From a virus, in the IMG/VR virus record IMGVR_UViG_3300038679_000131, positions 1 through 64,000 of that record: a stretch of DNA of 64,000 nucleotides; one strand, given 5' to 3'. Position 1 is the first letter of the stretch. Each line of letters starts with the position of its first letter. The notes beneath the pieces were generated by a model that worked only from the letters and a program-made list of their open reading frames with translations, was not told the DNA's origin and made no database searches. The position numbers were made by a program, and so were the translations under genes. Shown one piece after another: positions 25,821 through 35,604 of this stretch.

Positions 25821-27785
25821 CTATTTTGAAGTTTTTGCTGCATAACAAGCAAGGATTAGTCCTGGCTTTCCATTTCTATCAAATGGCTGAGAAAATTCAA
25901 ACATGATTTGAGCATGGGAAGAAACCCCAGAACTAAGTAAAGCTTTACTAAAATAACTAAGGACTGCAAGTCTTACTTTTTCAACATCTTCATCAATTCC
26001 ATTAATTATTTTAGCTACAGTTTTCCAATCTTCAGGACCATCTAAAGCCCTACATAAATCAATTACATTACTTTCTTCAGTATATTTTTGAACTACTTCA
26101 AGAGCGTCCTCTTCACTTTCAAGATTAATAACTTGACTAAGTAGGACTAATGCTTCTCTAGGAATTCCATTGGCATATTTGACAATTTCCCTCATTACAC
26201 CTGGCCAGATTTCTCTCCCTTCCTCTTTTAACACCCAACGTAATAAAGTTATCATTTCTTGTCTATTCAAAGTTTTAACTTGAAATTTGGTACAACGTGA
26301 TTTTAGAGTTCCTGTCAATTTTTCTGGATTAGTTGTGGCAAAGATAAAATAAACATGAGGAGGTGCACCATCTTCAGTTACTTTAAGTAAAGCTTCGGCA
26401 GCAGCACTGGTTATTTGATGGCAATTATGGACAAGAATATTATTTACATAGTAAGACGGGTGATTGCTTATTTGTAAATCATAAAAAGTTATAAATCCTT
26501 TATTCTCTCCTGTATCATTTTCAATACCATAGGTAGATACTCCACCACTTCTTTGTTGGAGAATCTCAATACTTTCCACCCTAACTCCGACAGCTTTTCC
26601 TCTTTCTTTTTGTCCTTCAATGAAACTTTTTTCGACCGGTGACAACGACCATCTATTTCTATTGCAACTTTCAATTTCCGATTCCCTACATCTACTTTGT
26701 AACAGTTTGGAAATCCTACCTGTTGCGGTTTTATTGAGATTGGTACTTCCATTTCCCAACCTAACGCAAGTGCAAGGGTTTTCTGAGGAATTGTAAGGTG
26801 TCCATTCCCACCCCGAGTTCCTGAGAAGGTATTCAAAGTTTGATTCATCCTTTTCGTGGTCATCATCTTTTCGATATTTTCTTCTTTGTGCATCGGGTTG
26901 TTTTTCTTCATTCTTTCTGAATTTTCTTCTTTCAATTCCTTCCAAAGAGAAGGATTCTCCTCTTTCAATCTTAGTCGCCCATTTGATATTGCCTTGGACC
27001 TTTCCGGAGTATATATCTTCTTCCACTCTGGTTGTTTGTTTCTCCATTTCCCTACACAACTCTGACAACAAAATCTTACTTTTTTTCTTTTTGGGAGAAA
27101 CATTTCTTTGCACTCTTGGCATGGTTTCTCTTCCATTATTTTCATCTCCTTGTAATTTGATGTCTCTCAGTGTATTACAAGGCAAATCAAAAAGCAAATC
27201 ATTTTTTGTCAGAAAAATTGCTTCCTTCCAACCTAAATTGGTAAGGAATAAATGTTCTTTTGAACAAACAACATTTATTCCATTTATAAATTTTATTTTT
27301 ACAATCCTTTCAAAAGGAACTTTATTTTTAAAAACTTTCTTAACTTTTCCTCTTCCAATAAGATTAAAAACTTCTTCTCCTTCTTCAATATCTTCAATTG
27401 GTTTAGTTCCAGAACAAGTGCTTACTAGTGTTCCAGAAGCAAAACACTCATCATAGAAATAAATTCTTGATTTCCCACCTTCTCCCATAGGTGCATAAGA
27501 GCATTGAGAAACATCTTCTCGAATAGTCTCAATTCCTCTAGTATTAGCTGCGTTTCTTTCTTTAAAGTCTACATCATGACATTGTAAAAGGGTTTTTAAA
27601 ATCCTAGCAAACGTAGTTTTTCCGGATCCTTTTTCCCCTGTGAAAAGAAAAGTATGTTCCCTTTCTTTTGGAGGTTTTGCTATGATGGATTGCAATGACA
27701 TTACAATTTCATCATTGCCAATTATTTCATCAAGAGATTGTGGTCGGTATTTTATGTAAAGTGGACCGGACAACCTTTTAATCAT
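25821..27785 (-). CDS. dnaX: Clamp loader (DnaX/RFC-like) with intein
   Basis: 'KYRPQSLDEIIG', 'GEKGSGKTT', 'DE|CH', 'FATT', 'SRC'. Confidence 0.88.
   Translation of the reverse strand: MIKRLSGPLYIKYRPQSLDEIIGNDEIVMSLQSIIAKPPKEREHTFLFTGEKGSGKTTFARILKTLLQCHDVDFKERNAANTRGIETIREDVSQCSYAPMGEGGKSRIYFYDECFASGTLVSTCSGTKPIEDIEEGEEVFNLIGRGKVKKVFKNKVPFERIVKIKFINGINVVCSKEHLFLTNLGWKEAIFLTKNDLLFDLPCNTLRDIKLQGDENNGRETMPRVQRNVSPKKKKSKILLSELCREMEKQTTRVEEDIYSGKVQGNIKWATKIERGESFSLEGIERRKFRKNEEKQPDAQRRKYRKDDDHEKDESNFEYLLRNSGWEWTPYNSSENPCTCVRLGNGSTNLNKTATGRISKLLQSRCRESEIESCNRNRWSLSPVEKSFIEGQKERGKAVGVRVESIEILQQRSGGVSTYGIENDTGENKGFITFYDLQISNHPSYYVNNILVHNCHQITSAAAEALLKVTEDGAPPHVYFIFATTNPEKLTGTLKSRCTKFQVKTLNRQEMITLLRWVLKEEGREIWPGVMREIVKYANGIPREALVLLSQVINLESEEDALEVVQKYTEESNVIDLCRALDGPEDWKTVAKIINGIDEDVEKVRLAVLSYFSKALLSSGVSSHAQIMFEFSQPFDRNGKPGLILACYAAKTSK
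26424..27446 (-). mobile_element. Intein (341 aa) in the clamp loader Walker B
   Basis: Starts CFASGT, block B 'CSKEHLF', ends 'YDL...LVHN' before +1 Cys. Confidence 0.92.
26489..27136 (-). CDS. Nested out-of-frame DUF559/Vsr-like endonuclease with N-terminal Zn finger
   Basis: Own RBS AGGAG 9 nt before ATG; 'CQEC..FCCQSC', 'YKVD', 'AIEIDGRCH', 'D..K...L..LGWKVLRF'. Confidence 0.82.
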   Translation of the reverse strand: MEEKPCQECKEMFLPKRKKVRFCCQSCVGKWRNKQPEWKKIYTPERSKAISNGRLRLKEENPSLWKELKEENSERMKKNNPMHKEENIEKMMTTKRMNQTLNTFSGTRGGNGHLTIPQKTLALALGWEMEVPISIKPQQVGFPNCYKVDVGNRKLKVAIEIDGRCHRSKKVSLKDKKKEEKLSELGWKVLRFSNKEVVEYLPMVLKMIQERIKDL

Positions 27786-27795
27786 TTTGATTCTC

Positions 27796-28371
27796 CTATT
27801 GTGTATCAAGATGTTTCCAAGTGTGCCCTCTATTTATATCACCAATGCAATCTCTACTTACACCAAAAATATTTCCTATTTCTCTATAAGAAAATACCTT
27901 TTTAGAAAGGAGACCTTTGATTTTCAAAACTTCTTCTTCTTTTAATATAGAAAAAGGGTTTTCTTCTCCTTTCATTTGCACAGGCTCTCTCATTCCTATT
28001 TCATAGGAATGTTTGATATTTTCACTTCGTGTCACCCATTCAAGATTTCCTACTTTATTTTTGGTATAATTTCCATCTTTATGGTTACATTCACAATTCT
28101 CAGGACAAGGTCCTACAAAAGTCTCAAGGACCAATCTATGAACCTGCATCATCTTTGTTTTATAACTTGAAATATATAATAGAACTACTAGACGACCACT
28201 ATTATTCACAGCAGGTTTTAGTAGTCTTCCTTTCTTCCTACTTATTTCTCCATATCTTCCTGGTTTTGAATCTGTGGCTCTCCTTACTCTTCCTAGGGAA
28301 GATATTTCATAATCAGTATAGATAGGATGAACTCTCCAATCTTCCTTTTCACGTTGTTTTAATCTTGACAT
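27796..28371 (-). CDS. NUMOD4-HNH homing endonuclease
   Basis: 'YEISSLGRVR', 'VHRLV..FVG', 'NHKDG...N...NLEW'. Confidence 0.9.
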   Translation of the reverse strand: MSRLKQREKEDWRVHPIYTDYEISSLGRVRRATDSKPGRYGEISRKKGRLLKPAVNNSGRLVVLLYISSYKTKMMQVHRLVLETFVGPCPENCECNHKDGNYTKNKVGNLEWVTRSENIKHSYEIGMREPVQMKGEENPFSILKEEEVLKIKGLLSKKVFSYREIGNIFGVSRDCIGDINRGHTWKHLDTQ

Positions 28372-28407
28372 ATTTTTCTCCTTTATAAAGTGGGCCGTCA
28401 GGGCGCA

Positions 28408-28590
28408 TTAAATTCCTCCTATTTGGATATGTATATAAACCTCTTCCCAACTCCAAATATAAGAATATTTTGGAATATATGCTGACTTATAGCATTTATA
28501 ACTACGACAGGACTTACAATAACCATTCTTAGTTTGATTATGAAAACGCAGTCTAGGTAATGGTTTTACTCTACCCTTTCTATATCTCAT
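28408..28590 (-). CDS. Small basic Cys protein
   Basis: RBS AGGAGG; overlaps the polymerase stop. Confidence 0.45.
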   Translation of the reverse strand: MRYRKGRVKPLPRLRFHNQTKNGYCKSCRSYKCYKSAYIPKYSYIWSWEEVYIHIQIGGI

Positions 28591-31100
28591 TTTTCCTCCT
28601 TTTTAATTTCGATGAGTTTTCCATCAATTAAATTCTGTTTTTTCATAATGGCCCAGCTTCCATTTATTTCAGACAAAGAAAATTCAGATAGAAGAGGAAT
28701 ATGAATCCAATCAAATCTCTCCCTAGTTTTTTTAGTCATAACATCTTCTGTAACTTGAGCAATATGATTTACCTCATTTGGCATAGCATCCTGCAAGATT
28801 TCATCGTGTATCTGAGCAACCATTTGACTTTTCCATTTTTCTTTAGTTTGAATCTTTCCAATTTCATCAAGACTCCATAAAAGAAGGTGAAAAGCAGCAC
28901 TTTGAATTGGATAATTAGCAATCATATTTCTAGTCATTAAGCCAGTAAATTTAAAACCAAATTTAGTTTCAACTTCTCCAGTTTTGTTATAATGATGGGT
29001 AACTCTTTCTAACCACTCTTTTGAATAGGAATACTTATTCCAAAACTTATCTTCTCCTTGTTTTACTTTCGATTCAGTAAGATGTGTGTACCCTCTTTTA
29101 ACAAATTCTTTATAAATACTTTTGTAATATGATCCATAGATAAGAGGAAATACAAAAGCGTTTTTAGCATCATACCTTGAAACATTGAAAAATTCTCCCC
29201 ATTCTCCGTGCATATCTTGATCTTTTTCAAGATACTTTGTCAATACAGGGTCTTTAGTATAACAACACCAAATTCTTACTTCCATTGAACCGTAATCAGC
29301 AGCAAGAAATTGTCTATCTACTGAAGGAATTATTCCTGATCTGATAATTCGTTTTGCTTCTTCATCATGTTTTGGCACGTTTTGGAAGTTGGGAGAATCA
29401 CTAGAAGAACGAAGTGTCTTTGCTCTGTGGAGGTTAAATGAAGGATGAATCCTGTCATTTTTGTCAATTAAAAACAAGTAATTTGCTAAATAATCTTTAA
29501 TCTTTTTAAGCCTACGGTGACTGACAATTTTTTGTGCAAATGGATTGTTCATCCCCAACAATACTTCTGCATCAGCAGAAAGTTTCTTTCCACTTGTAGT
29601 TTGTTTTATTCCTTTCAATTTCATAATATCAAACAAAACAATGCGAATGTCGTCCGGAGATTCAATATTTATTTCTTTTCCTTTCTTAGTTTTAAAAGAC
29701 ATACACTCAGGCATTGTCTTGATTTCTTTTTCAATATCTGTCATTTCTCCTTCTAATGCTTCATGTTCATCCTTACAATAAAAAGCATTAATATTTATTC
29801 CTACCCTTTCCAGTTTAGCCATGTTTACAATACCTCTTTGAAAGAAGGCATCAGCATTTCTTAATTCTCCAATTAATCTCTGAGTAGGAACTAAACGTCT
29901 AGTAAACATTGCATCCATAGCATTGTATTGACCTATTTTATAATAAGGCAATTTAGTCATACTATTAAAATGAAAACCTTTCTTTGGTTTTTTATAAGGA
30001 GCAACTTCAGTATCATAACCGTAAGTTCCAAAATTAATATAGGTCTGAAAGTTTAGATTGACATAATTATCTCTTGTATCAATGACGTGGGCACGAAGTA
30101 AAGTATCTGCATACCACAACTCACTAGTGTCCCCAAATCTACTTTGATTCCAGGATTCTTCCATAGGAACAGAATGAGCAATCAATAGCTGTTCATTAAA
30201 TAAAACATTTTCTTGCCATAGTTTTTTAATAGTTTCTTTCTGACTTGTCGTCCAGTGTCCCGGGTATTCATAAGGAAAAGCATAAGCGGATTGACCATCA
30301 AAAGAAACAGCCATAGTAAGAAGTAAATTTCCATCCCAATATGGTCTAAGTGCATTTGTTTCATAATCAATTGCCCTTGGTCCATATATAGTCCTGAATG
30401 ACTTCAACAATGTTACAGCATCATCAAAACGTGAAATTACCGTAACTTTGCTCTTTTCATTATTAAAGACCGGCGGTTTAAAGCTCAGACAGCTTACTAC
30501 CCAACGCATATCATTAACAAATATCTCTTTAGCATCAGGGTTTCTTGTGAAATAAGAGGGATGGACAATAGGAAGAACCCAAGCATTTGTATCAGGATCA
30601 GGAATACAAAGCCTGCGATAGCGTCCTATTGTATACGGTCTAAAATCAGACCATTTCCTATCCCCGTAGAATGATTCTATAGCAGTACCACCTGCAAGAA
30701 TTATAAATTGAGGATTCTTTTCTTTTATTAATGCCTTTTGAATAGGACGACAATATTCAATTTCTTTAGGAGTTGGTGTACGATTACTGCCTTTTTCATC
30801 AGTGGGTCGGCAATTAATAGCATTAATCTTCCAGAAATCTTTCTCAAGATCAATTCCAAACTTTTGTAAAGTTTCTCTAACAATTGTTCCTGATTCACCA
30901 ATTAATTGGATCCCTAATTCATCTTCTTTGGAGCCCGGAGCTTCAGCAATCAAAAGAGTGTTTAATCTGCCTTCTCCTGTATAATTCATTTTTGGAGAAT
31001 GACATTTTTTGTGTAATCCACAAGCAGAACAATTTGCTTCTCCAATTGTAGGTGCAGTATTTCCTAAAGTGAAGAAGGGTTTGATAATTCTATTGTTCAT
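28587..31100 (-). CDS. Family A DNA polymerase with N-terminal family-4 UDG domain and 3'-5' exonuclease
   Basis: 'C..C.L', 'AEAPG', 'HPS' (UDG4); 'DYET'; 'SSDSPNFQN', 'ADYGSMEVR', 'NYPIQS', 'QIHDE'. Confidence 0.93.
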   Translation of the reverse strand: MNNRIIKPFFTLGNTAPTIGEANCSACGLHKKCHSPKMNYTGEGRLNTLLIAEAPGSKEDELGIQLIGESGTIVRETLQKFGIDLEKDFWKINAINCRPTDEKGSNRTPTPKEIEYCRPIQKALIKEKNPQFIILAGGTAIESFYGDRKWSDFRPYTIGRYRRLCIPDPDTNAWVLPIVHPSYFTRNPDAKEIFVNDMRWVVSCLSFKPPVFNNEKSKVTVISRFDDAVTLLKSFRTIYGPRAIDYETNALRPYWDGNLLLTMAVSFDGQSAYAFPYEYPGHWTTSQKETIKKLWQENVLFNEQLLIAHSVPMEESWNQSRFGDTSELWYADTLLRAHVIDTRDNYVNLNFQTYINFGTYGYDTEVAPYKKPKKGFHFNSMTKLPYYKIGQYNAMDAMFTRRLVPTQRLIGELRNADAFFQRGIVNMAKLERVGININAFYCKDEHEALEGEMTDIEKEIKTMPECMSFKTKKGKEINIESPDDIRIVLFDIMKLKGIKQTTSGKKLSADAEVLLGMNNPFAQKIVSHRRLKKIKDYLANYLFLIDKNDRIHPSFNLHRAKTLRSSSDSPNFQNVPKHDEEAKRIIRSGIIPSVDRQFLAADYGSMEVRIWCCYTKDPVLTKYLEKDQDMHGEWGEFFNVSRYDAKNAFVFPLIYGSYYKSIYKEFVKRGYTHLTESKVKQGEDKFWNKYSYSKEWLERVTHHYNKTGEVETKFGFKFTGLMTRNMIANYPIQSAAFHLLLWSLDEIGKIQTKEKWKSQMVAQIHDEILQDAMPNEVNHIAQVTEDVMTKKTRERFDWIHIPLLSEFSLSEINGSWAIMKKQNLIDGKLIEIKKEEK

Positions 31101-31323
31101 TTTCTATCCTTAAAGAAAGGACTAAATTAATGGGATGAACAATACAAATACCTGTTATTTTGTCAACTTCATCTCCAAAAGCTTTTCTTGCCTCAGCCTC
31201 AGAACAAGAGAATAAATAGAATGGTTTATGATTTTTTGTTATAGATTCTTTTCCGAAAGAGAACCAAAATTCATCAGGATATCCATCACGGCTTCTTACT
31301 GTTTTCCATGCTACTAAGCGCAT
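31090..31323 (-). CDS. Hypothetical protein
   Basis: RBS AGGAGG before MRLVAW. Confidence 0.5.
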   Translation of the reverse strand: MRLVAWKTVRSRDGYPDEFWFSFGKESITKNHKPFYLFSCSEAEARKAFGDEVDKITGICIVHPINLVLSLRIENEQ

Positions 31324-31492
31324 TTTCTTTCTCCTCCTGTTCTTTTTCCCATACTCGGGCACAATCAGCTACCTTGTTGCAAGGACCTTGGCCGGTGAAG
31401 AAAGAAACAAGTCTGTGTCTTACACCGTCATTAAACATTTGATGTTGGCGGGAACGGGGAAGTCCCTCCCCCCCGGCGAAAAAAATCTTCAA
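31286..31492 (-). CDS. Small protein resembling the N-terminus of TGT/DpdA-like proteins
   Basis: 'MKIFFAG...RLVSF'; TTG start overlaps the TGA of an upstream 59 aa ORF. Confidence 0.5.
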   Translation of the reverse strand: MKIFFAGGEGLPRSRQHQMFNDGVRHRLVSFFTGQGPCNKVADCARVWEKEQEEKENALSSMENSKKP

Positions 31493-31668
31493 AAGTTAAA
31501 CCCCCTTTTATTGAAAATATCTTGGTTTTCATTTAGATATGGTGCTATAACATTCATCATAGCATCAAGGAACAAATCAAGGACTTCTTGACCAGTCTTA
31601 GGTTTATTTCTTGCAGATAAAATTTTAAATTCATCTTTTACTAAATTTTTAAGTTTATCAGGGGACAT
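31489..31668 (-). CDS. 59 aa hypothetical protein (not in ORF track)
   Basis: MSPDKLKNLV...RGFNF; abuts both neighbours. Confidence 0.5.
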   Translation of the reverse strand: MSPDKLKNLVKDEFKILSARNKPKTGQEVLDLFLDAMMNVIAPYLNENQDIFNKRGFNF

Positions 31669-31953
31669 TTATTTTATCCTTTTTAAATGGGTTACTCTAG
31701 GCCAGTAAAGTTTTGGCTTAGCTGGATTCTTTGTTGCTTTACCTTGTGGTGGAACTTCCACTAAATATGATTCATGTTCTCTTGACCAACCATCAAACTT
31801 GATCATGTGATTTGGATAATCTATAGAATATGGTCTTTCATGTGAAGGAATCACTTCAATAACTGTTCCTTTCTTTTGAGTCATTGAACCTGCAGATTGG
31901 CTTTCCCAAAAAACCTTGTCCCCTACTTTTAATGCTCCTTTTATTGGAATCAT
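31669..31953 (-). CDS. SH3-like phage protein
   Basis: 'KVGDKVFWESQ...KKGTVIEV...YWPR'. Confidence 0.55.
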   Translation of the reverse strand: MIPIKGALKVGDKVFWESQSAGSMTQKKGTVIEVIPSHERPYSIDYPNHMIKFDGWSREHESYLVEVPPQGKATKNPAKPKLYWPRVTHLKRIK

Positions 31954-31954
31954 T

Positions 31955-33007
31955 TTAATCCTCCTCTTCAGTTTTTTCAGAAGAAGCATTAACGACCATT
32001 AAATGATTAAATGGTCCTACTTTGAAAGATAAAAAGTTTTCACACAAAGAAACTGTCTGAACCTTGTCAAGTATTTGTTCAAATAGTGCAGGAACAACTA
32101 AGAAGCCCATATCAGGACCATCATATTCTAAATCATTTTTCTGTTCAAAATAACCTGTGCTTTTTATTCCCTTACACTTTATTTCTCCCTTCTTAATGAG
32201 AATATCAATAACTTTTGATTCCTCAGATACTCCTTCAACAAACTTCCCAGACCTTTTAATTAATTCTTTTAATCCTTCAGGCAATTTAATAGTCTCTCCT
32301 TCTTTATCAAAGAAAGATTCTATCTTTTCAGGTAAATCACCAATCACCAAACGAACTCCACACATCATTTCAGTTTTGGGATTACGAATACAAAACCATG
32401 ATTCTCCAATTACTCCAAACTCTGTAGCGTCAGGAAAAGAAGATAAAATAGGAACAGCTTCCTTAGGAATGAGAGCAGTTATTCCCATATCTTCTTCCAT
32501 CACAAAACGAGAAATTCTAAAACTATCAGTAGAAAGAACTTTATTATTTAAAACTTTTAAACAGGTGTGGGGTTTAATAGAAATATCTTTAGAAACTGAA
32601 AATTTGCACCAGTCTAAAGCAGTTAAAAAATCTTTAGGAAGATCAGACCAGTGCATTTCTTTGTCAAGTCCTGATTCCTTCATCCAAGATAAAGGAGCCC
32701 CTACATCTGCTAAAGCCAATTTTGCTTTCATTTTTCCTGATTTAATTTGTATATGTGCTTCTTTCAAAGTGAAGTCAGCATTTTCTCCTCCACCCTCAAG
32801 GACAGTAATCAAATCTTTTCCATTAACAGAGAAGTCAAAATCAAAAGGAGCAGGGCCAATAACAACTAACTTATCGTTTCCTGTGAACAATCTTTTATCA
32901 TGGAATACAACATTACCAGTAAAATCCATCAAGCCTTTATCATCAAGAGCAGCCTGAGCTAAAGACAGTTTTACTCTTAAATCAGATATTTTTACTGTCT
33001 GTTTCAT
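31955..33007 (-). CDS. Sliding clamp (DNA Pol III beta-like)
   Basis: 350 aa, three-domain length; 'STDSFRI', 'ALIP'; near polymerase and loader. Confidence 0.7.
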   Translation of the reverse strand: MKQTVKISDLRVKLSLAQAALDDKGLMDFTGNVVFHDKRLFTGNDKLVVIGPAPFDFDFSVNGKDLITVLEGGGENADFTLKEAHIQIKSGKMKAKLALADVGAPLSWMKESGLDKEMHWSDLPKDFLTALDWCKFSVSKDISIKPHTCLKVLNNKVLSTDSFRISRFVMEEDMGITALIPKEAVPILSSFPDATEFGVIGESWFCIRNPKTEMMCGVRLVIGDLPEKIESFFDKEGETIKLPEGLKELIKRSGKFVEGVSEESKVIDILIKKGEIKCKGIKSTGYFEQKNDLEYDGPDMGFLVVPALFEQILDKVQTVSLCENFLSFKVGPFNHLMVVNASSEKTEEED

Positions 33008-33236
33008 TTAATTCTCCTTTCAATAGTTTAGAAATCATTTCTTTTTGATTAGAACTTTTTATAATCATGTCCAAGTTTTTGTTCATAACATCAACTGCTT
33101 CTACTAAAATAACTTGGGTATGTTCTGGAAGTGTTCTTACCCATTTTTCAACTTCTTTAACAGGAACATCATTAATAAGTTTTATTGTCAATTCATTAAT
33201 ATACTTTTTTTCTTCTTCAGAAATTTCTTGATACAT
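32982..33236 (-). CDS. Hypothetical protein
   Basis: Start at MYQEISE with RBS GGAG. Confidence 0.5.
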   Translation of the reverse strand: MYQEISEEEKKYINELTIKLINDVPVKEVEKWVRTLPEHTQVILVEAVDVMNKNLDMIIKSSNQKEMISKLLKGELNETDSKNI

Positions 33237-33270
33237 TTTATAAGGTCTCCATATAGGAAATTGAATAATC

Positions 33271-34221
33271 TTACCCAAAGAAACCAACCATTTCTGCCTT
33301 AAATTGTCTCGGGTATAACAAAGTGTATTCCTCCAATTTTTTAAAGTAATAGGTATTAATTGTGTTGCGAATTTGCATACTATTTCCAAAACCTGGCTCA
33401 ATGATTTTTTCAACTAATCTGTTTTCTTTATCAGCCCAATACTCCAATTTAGTAAAATCAATTTTATAATCGTCTGAAACTGTAAAAAACTCAGACTTTC
33501 CTAATTTAAAACCACCAACTTCCTCAGCAAATTGATAGACCAATTTTTGTGCTGTTGGTGATAGATGGCTCATATGGTTATTACTTTTACTATGTCGCAT
33601 ACTGACAGAAACCATCTCAGGAGAGATGCCATAAAAAAACTTACCATCTCTCATTTTAGGAACAATAAGAAGTGCATATCTTTCACTAACTAACCAACTT
33701 GTACTGTCGGTACTGAACCAAGGATAACGCAGCATCAAATCAATGCTTGTCATGGCAAAACCATGTGTTTTAATTTTAGTGAATCCATTAGCATCACAAA
33801 TATCTTTGAAGATTCTATCAGCATAGTAAATAAATTTAGACTTAGGAACCTCTTGTCCGAGCCCTCCAATTCCAACGTAGTCGTAATTATCCATATATTT
33901 GTAAAGCCATTTAATGTCTTCACCAAAATGAAAGACAGGAAGTAATGTGAGGTCATATTCTCCCTCCATCATCTTCATTACTTCCCAAGTCTTCTCAGGG
34001 TGGAAAATTACATCCATGGTGACTGTGGTAGTGAATTGATAACCAAATTCTTGAAGGAATCGGCAATATTTATGAATGTAATCCCAAAACTCAGGAGTAG
34101 TAGAATAGGAATAGTCTCGGACAAAACTTGCCTTGCGAAACATCATATTGTAAACCGCATGGGCCCCAGAGTCTAAAAACAGTTCAATTTGCTTGGTTTT
34201 TCGAGATTTTAATCGGCTCAT
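33271..34221 (-). CDS. dpdA: DpdA/TGT-family 7-deazaguanine DNA transglycosylase
   Basis: 'LFLDSGA', 'PVFH', 'GIGG', 'HGF', 'PWFSTDSTSW'; que-gene context. Confidence 0.8.
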   Translation of the reverse strand: MSRLKSRKTKQIELFLDSGAHAVYNMMFRKASFVRDYSYSTTPEFWDYIHKYCRFLQEFGYQFTTTVTMDVIFHPEKTWEVMKMMEGEYDLTLLPVFHFGEDIKWLYKYMDNYDYVGIGGLGQEVPKSKFIYYADRIFKDICDANGFTKIKTHGFAMTSIDLMLRYPWFSTDSTSWLVSERYALLIVPKMRDGKFFYGISPEMVSVSMRHSKSNNHMSHLSPTAQKLVYQFAEEVGGFKLGKSEFFTVSDDYKIDFTKLEYWADKENRLVEKIIEPGFGNSMQIRNTINTYYFKKLEEYTLLYPRQFKAEMVGFFG

Positions 34222-34654
34222 TTTCTCCCTTTTTGAACACCCCTGATTCTCTGTTTTTCTTTTCCAATTTTTTTATGGTTCGATAATATCCCTCATTGAA
34301 AGCTGCATTGTATTTTTTGAGGGATTTTCTTTGGTCTTTATATCTTGCCAAAGCTCGGATTCCTACTTCTGTATTAATGTAAGGGTCATTAATAGCCCAC
34401 TTTTTAAGAAAGCATTTGTGTATTCCAAACGGTCCATAGTAAGTTCCTTTTCCCATTTTTCCAAATCTGAATCTCTCTCCTTTATAACTGGATTCTACTT
34501 CCGCCACAGCTAAAGCAAAGTTAGGATCAATTCCATACTTTACTGAAGTCTTGTGAACAAAAGCTAACCACTCTCGCATAGAGGGTACTGACTGGCCATG
34601 TGCAAAGAATGGGTTAAAGGTTAAAAGTAGTAAGCATATATTTATAACTTTCAC
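34184..34654 (-). CDS. Lytic transglycosylase (SLT) with signal peptide
   Basis: 'YGIDP..ALAVAEVESS', 'GPFGI', 'DP..N...G', 'YN'. Confidence 0.8.
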   Translation of the reverse strand: MKVINICLLLLTFNPFFAHGQSVPSMREWLAFVHKTSVKYGIDPNFALAVAEVESSYKGERFRFGKMGKGTYYGPFGIHKCFLKKWAINDPYINTEVGIRALARYKDQRKSLKKYNAAFNEGYYRTIKKLEKKNRESGVFKKGENEPIKISKNQAN

Positions 34655-34691
34655 TCTGGCATTTTATAGGCGGCCAGCCTCAAAAGATTAA

Positions 34692-35582
34692 TTACCATTT
34701 TATTATTTCCCTCCTTGTTTCCCAATGTTTTTTGATAGACAAACTCATTCGTTGACGTTGTTCATCAGTAAACTTATATCCTTTTGAATTGGATGGTTTT
34801 CCACGCCGAGCTAAACTCATCTTCTCCTTAGTTTCAGGAGAATGCTTTTTCCCTAAGAAACCCTGACCATTTCCAGTTTTTCTTCCTAACCATTTCTGTT
34901 TTGTTTCTTCAGAATGAGTCTTACCATAAAAAGGATTTTTTTCTCCTGAATTATTTAATCTCATCTTCTTCTTTGTTTCTTCACTATGCTTCATACCAAG
35001 AGTTTTAGCTTTCCCTTTTCCAGCTTTAGAAATCTTTTCTCTTGTTTCATCTGATACTTTTCTACCTGTGTTTATTAATCTATGATGTTCTTTTTCTTCT
35101 TCAGTCCAAGTTCTTCCAACCTTTGCTCGATATTTTGGATTATTCATAGGATTTTTAGTTCCTAATTTTTGTTCACTAAGTTTCTTCCTTATTTCCTTTG
35201 TAAAAACTAATCCAGTTAATCCTCCTCCCCCATCAGTTAAATTAGTTAATATTCCGGTTCCAATATCTATCCTTCCATAAGAAGAAATAAAGGAAATTTC
35301 TATTTCAAATGCCTTTTGTTCAGTTAGATTGTCAAAAATAACATCCACAATAAAATCTAATCCCTTACTCCATAATTCATGAATAATAGAAATTCTCAAT
35401 ACTTTTTTATTAAGAGAAGTAAGTGTATTTTTAGCTTGTTTTCTATGCATTAATTTTCTATCTTTTACTCCTTTTCCTATATAAAAAGGCTGAAACTTCC
35501 CCGGATCTAAAGGATCTTCTTTATCTGGTCTACGAAGAAAATAAACATAATAGTCTGTTTTACGTTTTTTTAAACGAGACAT
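34692..35582 (-). CDS. GIY-YIG-like (LEM-3 type) homing endonuclease with NUMOD3 repeats
   Basis: 'YYVY', 'PFYIGKG', 'LTNLTDGG', repeated 'GKKHS.ETK.KMS'. Confidence 0.88.
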   Translation of the reverse strand: MSRLKKRKTDYYVYFLRRPDKEDPLDPGKFQPFYIGKGVKDRKLMHRKQAKNTLTSLNKKVLRISIIHELWSKGLDFIVDVIFDNLTEQKAFEIEISFISSYGRIDIGTGILTNLTDGGGGLTGLVFTKEIRKKLSEQKLGTKNPMNNPKYRAKVGRTWTEEEKEHHRLINTGRKVSDETREKISKAGKGKAKTLGMKHSEETKKKMRLNNSGEKNPFYGKTHSEETKQKWLGRKTGNGQGFLGKKHSPETKEKMSLARRGKPSNSKGYKFTDEQRQRMSLSIKKHWETRREIIKW

Positions 35583-35604
35583 ATAACTTTATCTTCATTT
35601 CTCC

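Noticed and set aside
32157-32957. 266 aa + strand ORF (likewise 22091, 23794, 26983, 47031, 62750)
   Set aside because: Antisense shadows of well-supported - strand genes.
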